Shown here in pieces: positions 31,174-40,797 of a stretch of DNA of 64,000 nt (positions are counted from its first letter, which is position 1; each line of letters begins with the position of its first letter). The notes beneath the pieces are model-generated. The model worked only from the letters and a program-made list of their open reading frames with translations, made no database searches and was not told the origin of the DNA. The stretch spans positions 736,001 through 800,000 of the forward strand of contig OZ244042.1 of the NCBI GenBank assembly GCA_965215015.1, given 5' to 3'. This DNA is from Candidatus Poribacteria bacterium (lineage in GTDB: Bacteria > Poribacteria > WGA-4E > PCPOR2b). The position numbers and the translations under genes are program-made.

Positions 31174-32226
31174 CTAAACCTCCACGCGCACCGCCCGCCC
31201 AGATTCCCCAGACTCGATGATGGCGTTCAAGGTAGCGAGGACCGGCAGGTTGTTGCGACCACTAGTTTCCGGTTCAGGGCCGCCGTTCACCCAGTTGGCA
31301 AACGTGGCAGCAACGTGTTGGTCAAGTTGACGTGAGTCAGCGAAACCCGGATCAATTTCTGTCTCACTTAGTCCAGTCCCCTGATTTGTCCCGATGAGCA
31401 AAGTTTCCTGACCGCCGAAGCCTCGTGGACTGTGCAAGACAACTGCACCGTGTTCACACTCAGCGCGGAATTCACCGGTGTTCACACGGGCATCGGAAGT
31501 GGATACAATTACGAAACGGGCACCATTATCGAAGGTAATTTCAGCGACAGCAGTGGATTCGCGATTCCATGTCGTTGCCGGTGGTCGGTAAGAATGACCA
31601 AATACCTCCACCACGCGCCGGTTCACCATCGCAATCAGCGAATCAATTTCGTGGACGGTCATCTGCCAAAGTTGCGAGTGCTCGGAGTCGGGATACTCCC
31701 CACCACGGGCTTTGTAGGTAAACATGTGTCCGGTCTGTGGTTCGCCATAAGCCCCCTCGGTCATCAAACGTCGCACCGTGCGCTGTCCGGGCAGGTATCG
31801 CCACTGTTGCGTTACAACGATTTTTAGCCCACGAGCCTCCGCCCTCTCGGTCAATCGTTTAGCGGGTGCAAGTTGCAGCGTAAAGGGCTTTTCCACCATA
31901 ACGTGCTTGCCGGCTTCAATTGCTTCCTCAACTAATTCATCATGCGTACGCGCCCAAGTGGCGATAACAACACCATCACAGTGGGATTGTTCCAACGCCT
32001 CCGGGTATGAAGTGTAGGCGAGATGGTCTGGCAATTCGAGATCGTGAATGGCGGCTTTGAGGCGTTGTGCATCAATATCGACCAAGCCGACCAATTCAAA
32101 CCTGTCAGGTCGCGCCAGAAAGCTGCGTGCGTGTGACTTTCCTCTGCCGCTGCCCACGACAATCATGCACAGCGGTTTCTCCGTTCCAACGTGGTTTTCT
32201 GTCGCTTTGATTGATTCCCTGTTCAC
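31174..32226 (-). CDS. Gfo/Idh/MocA family oxidoreductase
   Basis: VVGSGRGKSH, GKHVMVEKPF, HEID; start re-set to GTG 32226 after GGAGG. Confidence 0.85.
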   Translation of the reverse strand: MNRESIKATENHVGTEKPLCMIVVGSGRGKSHARSFLARPDRFELVGLVDIDAQRLKAAIHDLELPDHLAYTSYPEALEQSHCDGVVIATWARTHDELVEEAIEAGKHVMVEKPFTLQLAPAKRLTERAEARGLKIVVTQQWRYLPGQRTVRRLMTEGAYGEPQTGHMFTYKARGGEYPDSEHSQLWQMTVHEIDSLIAMVNRRVVEVFGHSYRPPATTWNRESTAVAEITFDNGARFVIVSTSDARVNTGEFRAECEHGAVVLHSPRGFGGQETLLIGTNQGTGLSETEIDPGFADSRQLDQHVAATFANWVNGGPEPETSGRNNLPVLATLNAIIESGESGRAVRVEV

Positions 32227-32503
32227 AGTAATCCCTCCAATATCTGGCTCGATAAGTCTTGGGAGGGTTTCGTGGGGTGAGGCCTCTGTCCCAACGACTC
32301 CTCCGCTACAACCTGGATGCTTGCACACGGAAAGACAGCAACCTGCGCGTTTTGAGGCAGCTTTTCCGCAAGCATATTGACAAACATATCCCACTCACGG
32401 AAGAGAACATTGTTGGAGCACTTCCTGTAAAACTTTAGGACTTACGCAGTTGAGCCCTTACTCGCGTTACCTATTATTCGTTATTCTTCTCGATTATATT
32501 GAG

Positions 32504-34126
32504 TTAGTCAGCGGGATCTCCTTGCTGCCGTTGATAGTGTAAGGCAGCGCGGATAAAGTCACGGAACAGTGGATGGGGCTCAAGCGGTTTGGATTGAAAT
32601 TCGGGATGGAATTGCGAGCCGACCATCCACGGATGGTCAACAACCTCGGTGATTTCAACCAGATTCTCGTCGGGTGATACCCCGCTAAAACACAATCCTT
32701 CAGATTCAAGGGCTTCCCGATAACAGTTGTTCAACTCATATCGATGGCGGTGTCGTTCTAAGATGATCGGTTGTTGATAAGCTTGATAGCTTTTTGTGTT
32801 TTCCTTGAGAACACACGGATAGAGTCCAAGTCGCATTGTGCCGCCGAGGTTGGTATTTTTTCGTTGATCTAACATCAAATCAATTACTGGATGGGGCGTG
32901 TCTTCGTCAAACTCGGAACTGTTTGCGCTTTTCAGTTTTGCGAGGTGCCGTGCAACGTCAATTACCATGCACTGCATACCGAGACATAGCCCAAAGTAGG
33001 GAATCTTCTGTTCTCGCGCGTAGCGTGAGGCGATAATCATCCCTTCAATGCCGCGGTAGCCAAAGCCCCCGGGAACGAGAATCCCGTCAACCCCCTCAAA
33101 CTGCCCAGCCAAGTTTTGGTTGTTCCCCAGCATTTCAGATTCGATCCATTTGATGTCTATGGATGCGTCGTTGGCAATTCCACCGTGCTTGAGTGCTTCC
33201 TTCACACTGAGGTAGGTATCAGAACCCTGAACATATTTACCGACAATCGCTATCTGGGTCCGATATTTGGGGTGTTTCAGTTTATCAACCATCTTTGCCC
33301 ACTCAACATCATTCGACGGACGCTCTTCCAACCCAAGGCGCTTGATCACTAGATGTGCCATGCCTTGCCGCTCAAAGTTGAGTGGAATCTCATCAACCAA
33401 ATCGGTGTCAAGGCCTTCAACGATGTACTCCTCCTGAAGCCCACAGAGAAGCGAGATCTTCTGCCGTATCCCCTCTTCCATCGGTTGACTTGTGCGGCAA
33501 ATCAAGAGATCGGGCTGGATGCCATACTCCTGTAGCGTACGGATGCTATGTTGGGTCGGTTTGCTCTTGCTTTCTCCGTTGGGAAGGGTATAGATTAGCG
33601 AAACATGAATAAACAAGGTATTTTCGCGGCCAGCCTCCACTGCCATTTGTCGAATTGCCTCTACAAATGGGGGTGTCTCAAAATCTCCAATGGTCCCGCC
33701 AATCTCCGTAATCACTATTTCGGCATCGCTATCGCGACCCAGTTGGTAGATACGCTCTTTGATCTCATCGGTGACGTGCGGAATGAGTTGCACAGTCCCA
33801 CCCAAATAATCTCCGCGCCGCTCTTTGGCAATGACCGCACTGTATACCGAACCTGTTGTGAAGTTTGAATATTGATTGAGGTCAATTCCTGTAAATCGCT
33901 CATAATTGCCGAGATCGAGATCGGTTTCCGCGCCGTCCCGCGTCACAAACACCTCACCGTGTTGAAATGGGTTCATCGTGCCAGCATCCGAGTTGAGGTA
34001 TGGGTCAATTTTCACCACCATAACCTTGAACCCACGATTGATGAGCAAGCGACCGAGCGATGCTGTTGTTATTCCCTTTCCGATACCAGAGATTACACCG
34101 CCAGTTACGAAGATGTACTTTGTCAT
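32504..34126 (-). CDS. pyrG: CTP synthase
   Basis: KYIFVTGGVISGIGKG, DPYLN, HGEVFV, GLCLGMQ, ERHRHRYE, QFHPE. Confidence 0.98.
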   Translation of the reverse strand: MTKYIFVTGGVISGIGKGITTASLGRLLINRGFKVMVVKIDPYLNSDAGTMNPFQHGEVFVTRDGAETDLDLGNYERFTGIDLNQYSNFTTGSVYSAVIAKERRGDYLGGTVQLIPHVTDEIKERIYQLGRDSDAEIVITEIGGTIGDFETPPFVEAIRQMAVEAGRENTLFIHVSLIYTLPNGESKSKPTQHSIRTLQEYGIQPDLLICRTSQPMEEGIRQKISLLCGLQEEYIVEGLDTDLVDEIPLNFERQGMAHLVIKRLGLEERPSNDVEWAKMVDKLKHPKYRTQIAIVGKYVQGSDTYLSVKEALKHGGIANDASIDIKWIESEMLGNNQNLAGQFEGVDGILVPGGFGYRGIEGMIIASRYAREQKIPYFGLCLGMQCMVIDVARHLAKLKSANSSEFDEDTPHPVIDLMLDQRKNTNLGGTMRLGLYPCVLKENTKSYQAYQQPIILERHRHRYELNNCYREALESEGLCFSGVSPDENLVEITEVVDHPWMVGSQFHPEFQSKPLEPHPLFRDFIRAALHYQRQQGDPAD

Positions 34127-34160
34127 CTCGATAGCAACTCCTTCTATCTGTTAAGTATGT

Positions 34161-34400
34161 GAAGGGTGCTCATAAAAGTAGTCGGTACACTCCGTCGTGC
34201 CGTAGACTCCACAATCGTTACCGCATATGGCTTGGCTGACACCCAACTGCCATTAAACTCCCAACCATATATGGGGAAAAACAAAATATTCCCAACCCCG
34301 TAGGTTGAGACATCTTGCCCCATCTACCGCCTGAGATTCCTATCTGTATCCGTGCAATCTGCTGCAGCCGCGATTCAGACAATTATTATGAGCACCCCTC
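34161..34400. mobile_element. Complete 240-bp MITE with 15-bp terminal inverted repeats and 8-bp target-site duplication
   Basis: GAAGGGTGCTCATAA ... TTATGAGCACCCCTC, flanked on both sides by AAGTATGT (34153-34160, 34401-34408). Confidence 0.85.
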
Positions 34401-34504
34401 AAGTATGTGGACCGCGTCTAGCATATTCCGCATTGTGTAAAACGCAAAGTGAGAAATCATTAGGGCTTACGCAGTTGAAACGTTCAAACCCTCGTAGTTC
34501 GGTA

Positions 34505-34909
34505 TTGTCTGAATCACGGATTCAACTGATGAAGCGGAGGGCACGGACTCTCGCGCAATGTCCTGGGTGAATTGAGCCAGGATAGTATTGGTATCTACCC
34601 TAGCGTAATGTTGTTGACATCTTCAGGATTCAAAGCCATCTGAATCAGGATTTTCAGGATAAAAGGATTCACAGGATTAGATAACTCACGTTCACATCTA
34701 AACGACCAGATAGGTCTGAGGAAGGGGGCTTCTTATTGTCTGAATAGCGAATTAAACAGATGATACCGAAAACACGGATTGGGCACCCTCCGGGACATCC
34801 AAGAATCGGTGTGAATCTGCGATACACAGATGTTCTAAGGCTGCCAACTTCTGAGAAATGGCCCCCTCCGGTGGCACGATTTCACGAATTAGATTTATGA
34901 GCACTCCTC
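34505..34909. repeat. Cluster of (TTG)TCTGAATC-type short repeats ending in an orphan MITE-like end
   Basis: Copies at 34505, 34639 and 34736, plus an inverted copy near 34368-34382; TTTATGAGCACTCCTC at 34894-34909. Confidence 0.55.
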
Positions 34910-34921
34910 AACTAACTTGCG

Positions 34922-35659
34922 TTATCTCCGTGATTTTAAGATTTCAAGCACTCGCTCCAAATCGGCGGGCACATCAACCCCAATCAAGGAATGCTCTGTT
35001 TCAACGACACAGATGTGGATGCCGTGCTCAAGGAAGCGCAACTGCTCAAGTCCTTCGGCACTCTCGTAAGGCGTTCTCTCCCATTGGGTAAACTCAAGGA
35101 GTCGCTCTCGGCGATAAGCGTACAGCCCTACATGCCGATAGTTCGGGTGGGTTTGTCGCCAATGATTCGAGAGATTGCCGGGGATTGAAGCTCTCGAAAA
35201 ATACAAGGCGAAGCCTTGGAGGTCAGTCACAACTTTAACGACGTTGGGATCTCGATAATCCGCTTCATTTTCGACCTGTTGTTTCAACGTACTGACTTCC
35301 ACACTGGGGTCATCAAGAAACGGTTGAATCATCTGATCAATGACCACCGGCTCCAGCAACGGTTCATCGCCCTGAATGTTTGCCACGACATCGCAATCGA
35401 GTGTTTCCGCAACAATCGCAACCCTTTCGGTGCCTGTGGGACAATCCGGCGATGTCATGACCACCTGTCCACCGAAGCTGATAACCGCATCGTGAATTCG
35501 CCGGTCATCGGTTGCAACGATGACAGCCTCCAGCGTTTGGGCACAGACCGCTCGCTCGTAGACGTGTTGCACCATTGGTTTGCCGAGGATATCTACCAAC
35601 GCCTTGCCCTGAAACCGACTTGACGCATATCGAGCGGGGATAATTCCTACGATTTTCAC
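34922..35659 (-). CDS. kdsB: 3-deoxy-manno-octulosonate cytidylyltransferase
   Basis: IIPARYASSRFQGK, VATDD, NIQGDEP, ALYFSR, LEQLR; GTG 35659 after AAGGAG. Confidence 0.96.
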   Translation of the reverse strand: MKIVGIIPARYASSRFQGKALVDILGKPMVQHVYERAVCAQTLEAVIVATDDRRIHDAVISFGGQVVMTSPDCPTGTERVAIVAETLDCDVVANIQGDEPLLEPVVIDQMIQPFLDDPSVEVSTLKQQVENEADYRDPNVVKVVTDLQGFALYFSRASIPGNLSNHWRQTHPNYRHVGLYAYRRERLLEFTQWERTPYESAEGLEQLRFLEHGIHICVVETEHSLIGVDVPADLERVLEILKSRR

Positions 35660-35793
35660 GACTTTGAACTCTCCTTGGCGTTTACGTGCTTCAGGGGCTA
35701 CCACTACAGGCTCATCTCTAACCTGATAAAACTTTATCACAGGTTGGCTATTTGTGCAACGAAAAATATTAGAAATTTCAGGCGAGAGAAACC

Positions 35794-35822
35794 TTTACCG
35801 CGGATGACGAATATGCTATAAT
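35794..35822 (+). promoter_or_regulatory. Putative sigma70 promoter with extended -10
   Basis: TTTACC-17 bp-TATAAT with TGn immediately upstream of the -10. Confidence 0.55.
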
Positions 35823-35885
35823 ACAGTAATCAATTATGACTCATCTTAAAAGAAGGAATGTTTTGTGTAGCAGCCCCGGATAGAA

Positions 35886-36071
35886 TTATCTGCGCCGTCG
35901 GTGGCGAGGGCTGCGTATTCCCAGGTTCCTGTCAAAAGAATCTTGAATGTGCTTTTGGGTGGGTGGTTTGAGATTATCATACCGATTTCCGTCAGGTTTC
36001 GTCCGTAAATGAGGTCTGACGAGGGTGCCATTTTTACGCGAGTCAGACTTAAGGCGTTGTAGGCGTGGCAT
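35886..36071 (-). CDS. Small basic hypothetical protein (RKNGTxVxPHxRTxPDG motif)
   Basis: AAGGAGG RBS before ATG 36071; 61 aa; Arg-rich C-terminus. Confidence 0.65.
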   Translation of the reverse strand: MPRLQRLKSDSRKNGTLVRPHLRTKPDGNRYDNLKPPTQKHIQDSFDRNLGIRSPRHRRRR

Positions 36072-36607
36072 AAAGGCGCCCCTCCTTTTGCCATGTAGAT
36101 GGTGAGTCAGAAATTTTGCCATGCACAGCGAAACTGTGTTGTACAACAGGTTAGACATCAAATGTCTCCTATAGGTAAGACGCCTTAGGATTGCAATGAA
36201 TTATTCACAACGATTGGCAAGTTCACTCATAGAATATCACAAAAAAAATAGCAAACACAATAGATTGTTAAGTCTAAAACTATTAAATGCGTATTGATAA
36301 TATAACTACTCCATGGACTCACATCAAAAACCGAATCATCAATCATTTTATAGGTTGAATACTTAATAGGATAGGCTATAATAAATATTTCGACCTGACT
36401 TGCAAATGATAAAAGATCGTTAGGACGATAAGCCTCCCCAACATAATCCGGTAAATCTCCTAACGGTATCCAGCGGCGATAAATCGCCGAACGACAAGGC
36501 TTTGAGCCTTCACTGCGTAAGTCCTAAACTAAATCGGTTTCTGTTGCACCATTTCTTAACATGAGCCTCAATGATTAATCTCGAAATTCCTGTCAGAAAG
36601 GTTAGCT

Positions 36608-36916
36608 ATGGGCATACAGTTTTTCATTGTTTTCGTACTTTCAATCGCTTTTTTATCAATGGGTGTCACAGGCTGGCAGGGCTTTGTTTCAGTTTCGTGG
36701 GAGGACGGGATCCCTAAATTAGATTTTACGGTGAACTACTTCGCTATCTTTCAATGCTTCGTTGGCTTTTCATTATTTTTAATTAGCTTATATCTGATGG
36801 GTTTTTTTCTTTATCTCGAAGAGCGTGAAAGCGGTCGGATTATGAAAAATATTAAAAGCTTCGTAAAACTCAGGGAATATCTTGAATTGAGGGGACGCGA
36901 GGATAAGTCCAATTAG
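36608..36916 (+). CDS. Small membrane protein with two predicted TM segments
   Basis: Two hydrophobic stretches; directly upstream of hemE. Confidence 0.5.
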   Translation: MGIQFFIVFVLSIAFLSMGVTGWQGFVSVSWEDGIPKLDFTVNYFAIFQCFVGFSLFLISLYLMGFFLYLEERESGRIMKNIKSFVKLREYLELRGREDKSN

Positions 36917-36938
36917 CCCCGAAAGAGTAGAGGATGCT

Positions 36939-38015
36939 ATGCTTAAGAATGATCTCCTCCTCCGTGCCGCACGGCGACTGCCGGTAGAACGAGTTCCGGT
37001 GTGGCTGATGCGCCAAGCCGGTCGTTCAGACCCGGCATATCGCGCATTAAAAGAAAAAATCAATCTCCCACTAGAACGGTTATTTCGGACGATGCCAAGC
37101 CCATTCAGCGATCAAGAGATTGAATGGGCGATTGAAATTTCTCTCTTACCCAAACGCATCGGGGTTGATGCAATCATTGTGTACAAGGACATTCTGACAC
37201 CACTCTGTCCGATGGGTGTGCACTTCCGATTTGCGCCCGGTCCCATTTTAGACTCACCCATTCGGACTCGAAACCAGATTGAGGCACTACACCCTCTCGA
37301 TGACCCCGCTTCACAGATGGCGTTTACCGGGAAGATTATCAGCGGGCTACGTCAGGCATTGGGGGGAGAATTACCGCTAATCGGTTTTGCGGGATCGCCG
37401 TTGACTCTAGCTTTTTTTATGGTCGCAGGAACTAGCCCGATGGCAGCCGGTGGGGGGATTTCAAACGCGGCGCACACTGTTTTTCAAATAATGGACGAAG
37501 AACCAGGGATATTTCACGAACTGCTTCAACGTTTGACGCAGATGACGATTAATTATCTCAACTACCAAATTTCGGCGGGTGCACAGATTGTGCAACTATT
37601 TGAATCCATCGCTGATCAGATTGATCTACCAAGATATCAAACCTTTGTCCAACCGTATCACGAACAAATCTTTGCGGCGTTAAATCCAAATACACCTTCT
37701 ATTCTATTTGCCAAAGAGTGCTCCTACCTCTCGCTGATGTTGGAAAGTGGTGCTAACGTTTTGAGCGTCGGAAAGTGTGTCGATCTGTCGATAGCACAGA
37801 GAGAGGCAAAAGGCAGAGTTGCCTTTCAGGGGAATGTAGATAATGCTATCCTGCGAGATGGAACCTGTGATGATATTACCGCCGCTGTCAATAACTGTTT
37901 ACAAGCTGGTAGAAAGGTCGGACATATCCTCAACCTCAGTCATGGACTCCACCGAGACACACCATTTGAAAATGTGAAGCACTTTGTGAAAGTTGCAAAA
38001 GAAGCACCGAATTAG
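36939..38015 (+). CDS. hemE: Uroporphyrinogen decarboxylase
   Basis: PVWLMRQAGR, DAIIVYKDIL, LIGFAGSP, QGNVD, LNLSHG. Confidence 0.95.
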   Translation: MLKNDLLLRAARRLPVERVPVWLMRQAGRSDPAYRALKEKINLPLERLFRTMPSPFSDQEIEWAIEISLLPKRIGVDAIIVYKDILTPLCPMGVHFRFAPGPILDSPIRTRNQIEALHPLDDPASQMAFTGKIISGLRQALGGELPLIGFAGSPLTLAFFMVAGTSPMAAGGGISNAAHTVFQIMDEEPGIFHELLQRLTQMTINYLNYQISAGAQIVQLFESIADQIDLPRYQTFVQPYHEQIFAALNPNTPSILFAKECSYLSLMLESGANVLSVGKCVDLSIAQREAKGRVAFQGNVDNAILRDGTCDDITAAVNNCLQAGRKVGHILNLSHGLHRDTPFENVKHFVKVAKEAPN

Positions 38016-38025
38016 GGAGTAAAAA

Positions 38026-39024
38026 TTGTTGAAGAAGGATAAAAATCCTGAATGGGACTCGAGGAAAAGCGCGTATGATAGCATCCTGCTCGTCGGGTTC
38101 GGGGGACCAACCCCCGGTTGCTGTCGGCAATACGATCTATGTCCTGGGGAAGCTTACTGTTTCGTCGAGGGGATCGTCGGGAGTGCGCCATTGAATACTG
38201 ACCGTGTGGAAGAGGTCGTGAGCCACTATGTCAAACTCGGCGGATTTTCGCCCTTTAACGAATTGACATTTAAGCAGGCAGACGCGCTTGGAAGTGCACT
38301 CAGGAAACGAGACGTTGATTTGCCTATCTATGTGGGGATGCGCAATTGGACGCCATATCTCTATGAAACGATAGCGAGGATCTCCGAACAAGGACATCAC
38401 AACATCCTTGCTATCATCATGTCCGCCTATCGGTCTAAAGCCAGTTGGGAGCGTTATCAGAACGATGTTATTGCTGCGGTCAAAACGGTAGGGGACCAAA
38501 CGCTAAGTATCCGTTATTTAGAAGATTCGTGGCATCTACACCCTGGCTTTATCAACGCCATCGCTGAGCGTATCCGGACCGCATGCAACGGCATTGTTAA
38601 GTCGCGTTTTGCTAAGGCTGCCCTGATCTTTACCGCTCACGCAATTCCCCAAGTCGCTGCAAAGACCTCCCCGTACCCCGAACAGTTTCGTCAAACCGCT
38701 TCAGCTGTGGCGGAGGCCCTTGGGACAGATTTTGATATTGCTTATCAGAGTGCGCCCGATAACCCAACCGTGCCGTGGACGGGGCCTGATATTAATGACC
38801 TAATCCCAAAGAAAAGGGAGGCGGGGGTTCAAGAGGTCATTGTATCGCCGATCGGTTTCCTCTGTGACCATGTCGAAGTGCTTTACGATCTCGATTTGGA
38901 AGCTAGGACAACCGCCGAGGCGTGTGGTATGAATTTTATCCGTGCTAGCACTGTTGGCGAGCATCCCGAATTCATCAATATGTTGGCAAACCTCGTATGT
39001 GAGGAATTTCAAACGGTGAGATAA
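38026..39024 (+). CDS. hemH: Ferrochelatase / coproporphyrin ferrochelatase with N-terminal Cys-rich insert
   Basis: LLVGFGGP, GGFSP, GMRNWTPY, FTAHAIP, AYQS, WTGPD, GFLCDHVEVLYDLD. Confidence 0.92.
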   Translation: MLKKDKNPEWDSRKSAYDSILLVGFGGPTPGCCRQYDLCPGEAYCFVEGIVGSAPLNTDRVEEVVSHYVKLGGFSPFNELTFKQADALGSALRKRDVDLPIYVGMRNWTPYLYETIARISEQGHHNILAIIMSAYRSKASWERYQNDVIAAVKTVGDQTLSIRYLEDSWHLHPGFINAIAERIRTACNGIVKSRFAKAALIFTAHAIPQVAAKTSPYPEQFRQTASAVAEALGTDFDIAYQSAPDNPTVPWTGPDINDLIPKKREAGVQEVIVSPIGFLCDHVEVLYDLDLEARTTAEACGMNFIRASTVGEHPEFINMLANLVCEEFQTVR

Positions 39025-39075
39025 ACACCAAACCGATATGCGCCGTACGCGAAAATAACAAAGTAGGAGCACAAA

Positions 39076-39774
39076 ATGTCATCGTTCACAGAAACCATCA
39101 AAGGCGATAACCACGATATGGAACTTTACGTCTCTATACCCGATGGCGCGGGCCCTTTTCCCGCCGTGGTGGTCGCTCAGCACGCTGGCGGCGTTGACAC
39201 ATTCATCTGCACAATGGCGGATCGACTGGCGGAAGCCGGCTATGTCGCCGCCGCCCCAGATCTGTACCATCGATTGGGGCCCGATGACCCACGAAGCCCA
39301 CGGGAGCTCATAGACGCGGAGATGATTGCAGACGTTCAAGCGACCGTAGCATTCTTGCAGAACCACAGTGCGGTCGATAGCGAGACACTGGGCATCACCG
39401 GCTTCTGCATGGGAGGCAGAGTGGCATACCTGATGGCGGCGGCTCTCCCACAGTTCAAAGCCGTTGAAGCTTACTACGGCGGTAACACTATGGTGGCTTG
39501 GGGAGAAGGAGGCGCGTCGCCGTTTGAGCGTACCAGCGAAATTAATTGTCCACTACTGTTCCACTTTGGCGAGGAGGATGCCAACCCATCCCCGGAAGAT
39601 ATGCAGAAACTTAACGCTGAATTAACGCGTCATAACAAGACACACGAGTTCTATATGTATCCCAACGCAGGACACGCCTTTATGGATTTCTCCGGCGAGC
39701 GTTACCGAGAGGCGGCGGCGATAGCTGCCTGGCCGCGGACGTTGGATTTTTTCGCCCGGCATCTGGGTAACTAG
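39076..39774 (+). CDS. Dienelactone hydrolase family
   Basis: APDLY, GFCMGG, AGHAF. Confidence 0.92.
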   Translation: MSSFTETIKGDNHDMELYVSIPDGAGPFPAVVVAQHAGGVDTFICTMADRLAEAGYVAAAPDLYHRLGPDDPRSPRELIDAEMIADVQATVAFLQNHSAVDSETLGITGFCMGGRVAYLMAAALPQFKAVEAYYGGNTMVAWGEGGASPFERTSEINCPLLFHFGEEDANPSPEDMQKLNAELTRHNKTHEFYMYPNAGHAFMDFSGERYREAAAIAAWPRTLDFFARHLGN

Positions 39775-39948
39775 AATAAAAATATGCAATCGGGTAGCAG
39801 AATTTAACGCCAGGGCGCGAGGGAGCAAAGTTTTTTATTGTGTCTTCGCGCCCTGGTGTTCTACTTTCTTCCCCGTATTCTCTAAGGTAAAATTTATTGA
39901 CCCCCTCGTTGCTTTGCAGATCTATAACAGGACAAAAGGAACATTGAT

Positions 39949-40758
39949 ATGGATTTTGTGAAACTCACAGCGGCGCAACGCCAATTTTTTGATGAAAACG
40001 GCTATCTGGTCGTTCCAGATGTGTTATCGTCGGAGATAATTGACAAACTCACTCAGGTCAGCGACCGGTTAATCGAATCGTTTGATGCAGACGATGCTTA
40101 TGTTCAAAGGCGTCCCGGTATCGTCCAAGAACCAGATTTTCATCCCTTGGTGACCCAGTCACCGACGGTCCCCTTAGTTGCCCAACTGTTATCTCCTAAT
40201 ATTCAGCTGCATACAACAGCGATTATTTATAAGTTCCCAGAGCCGGCGGACGAAGAAACCGTTAACCAGCGAGGCTGGCATCGTGACAGCGGTCTTGCGG
40301 AGGATCTGAGTCATAGTAACCTGCCGCGTGTTAGTATCAAAGTCGGATACTGCTTGACAGATTTTAAGCAACCGCGTTCCGGCTTTACGCTCTTCGCACA
40401 GGGATCGCATCTGATAGATACCCCGTTACCTATCCCGAAAGGAGAGGTAGATCCCGCCAGAATGGTTGAACTCCGGCTCAACCCTGGAGATGCTTTCCTT
40501 TTTGAAAATCGTCTTTTCCATACTTCTGCCCCGAACCTGACCGATCGTGTCTCAAAGATGGTGATTTTTGGCTATGCTTACCGTTGGATGGGTGGGGCGC
40601 ACAGAGCAATGAGCCTTGTCCAACCTGATGAGACTGTCTTAGCGCAGGTTGACGATGTTGCCAAACAGTTGCTGGGAGCGACAAGCGATGGCTTAATTGA
40701 TTGGGCAAAACAACACGATATTTTCCCGGAGCCTACCCCGTGGGTGATGGAGGTCTGA
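39949..40758 (+). CDS. PhyH family dioxygenase
   Basis: FFDENGYLV, WHRD, GSH, LFHT. Confidence 0.88.
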   Translation: MDFVKLTAAQRQFFDENGYLVVPDVLSSEIIDKLTQVSDRLIESFDADDAYVQRRPGIVQEPDFHPLVTQSPTVPLVAQLLSPNIQLHTTAIIYKFPEPADEETVNQRGWHRDSGLAEDLSHSNLPRVSIKVGYCLTDFKQPRSGFTLFAQGSHLIDTPLPIPKGEVDPARMVELRLNPGDAFLFENRLFHTSAPNLTDRVSKMVIFGYAYRWMGGAHRAMSLVQPDETVLAQVDDVAKQLLGATSDGLIDWAKQHDIFPEPTPWVMEV

Positions 40759-40797
40759 TATTAGACTGTAGACTGCTGACGATTACGAGGTGAAGTT

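Noticed and set aside
34461-34909. CRISPR array
   Set aside because: Repeats are short, degenerate and irregularly spaced; no cas genes.
34461-36526. Composite transposon bounded by inverted TAGG(A/G)CTTACGCA motifs around kdsB
   Set aside because: The motif is a dispersed repeat; there is no transposase or flanking duplication, and the cargo is a core gene.
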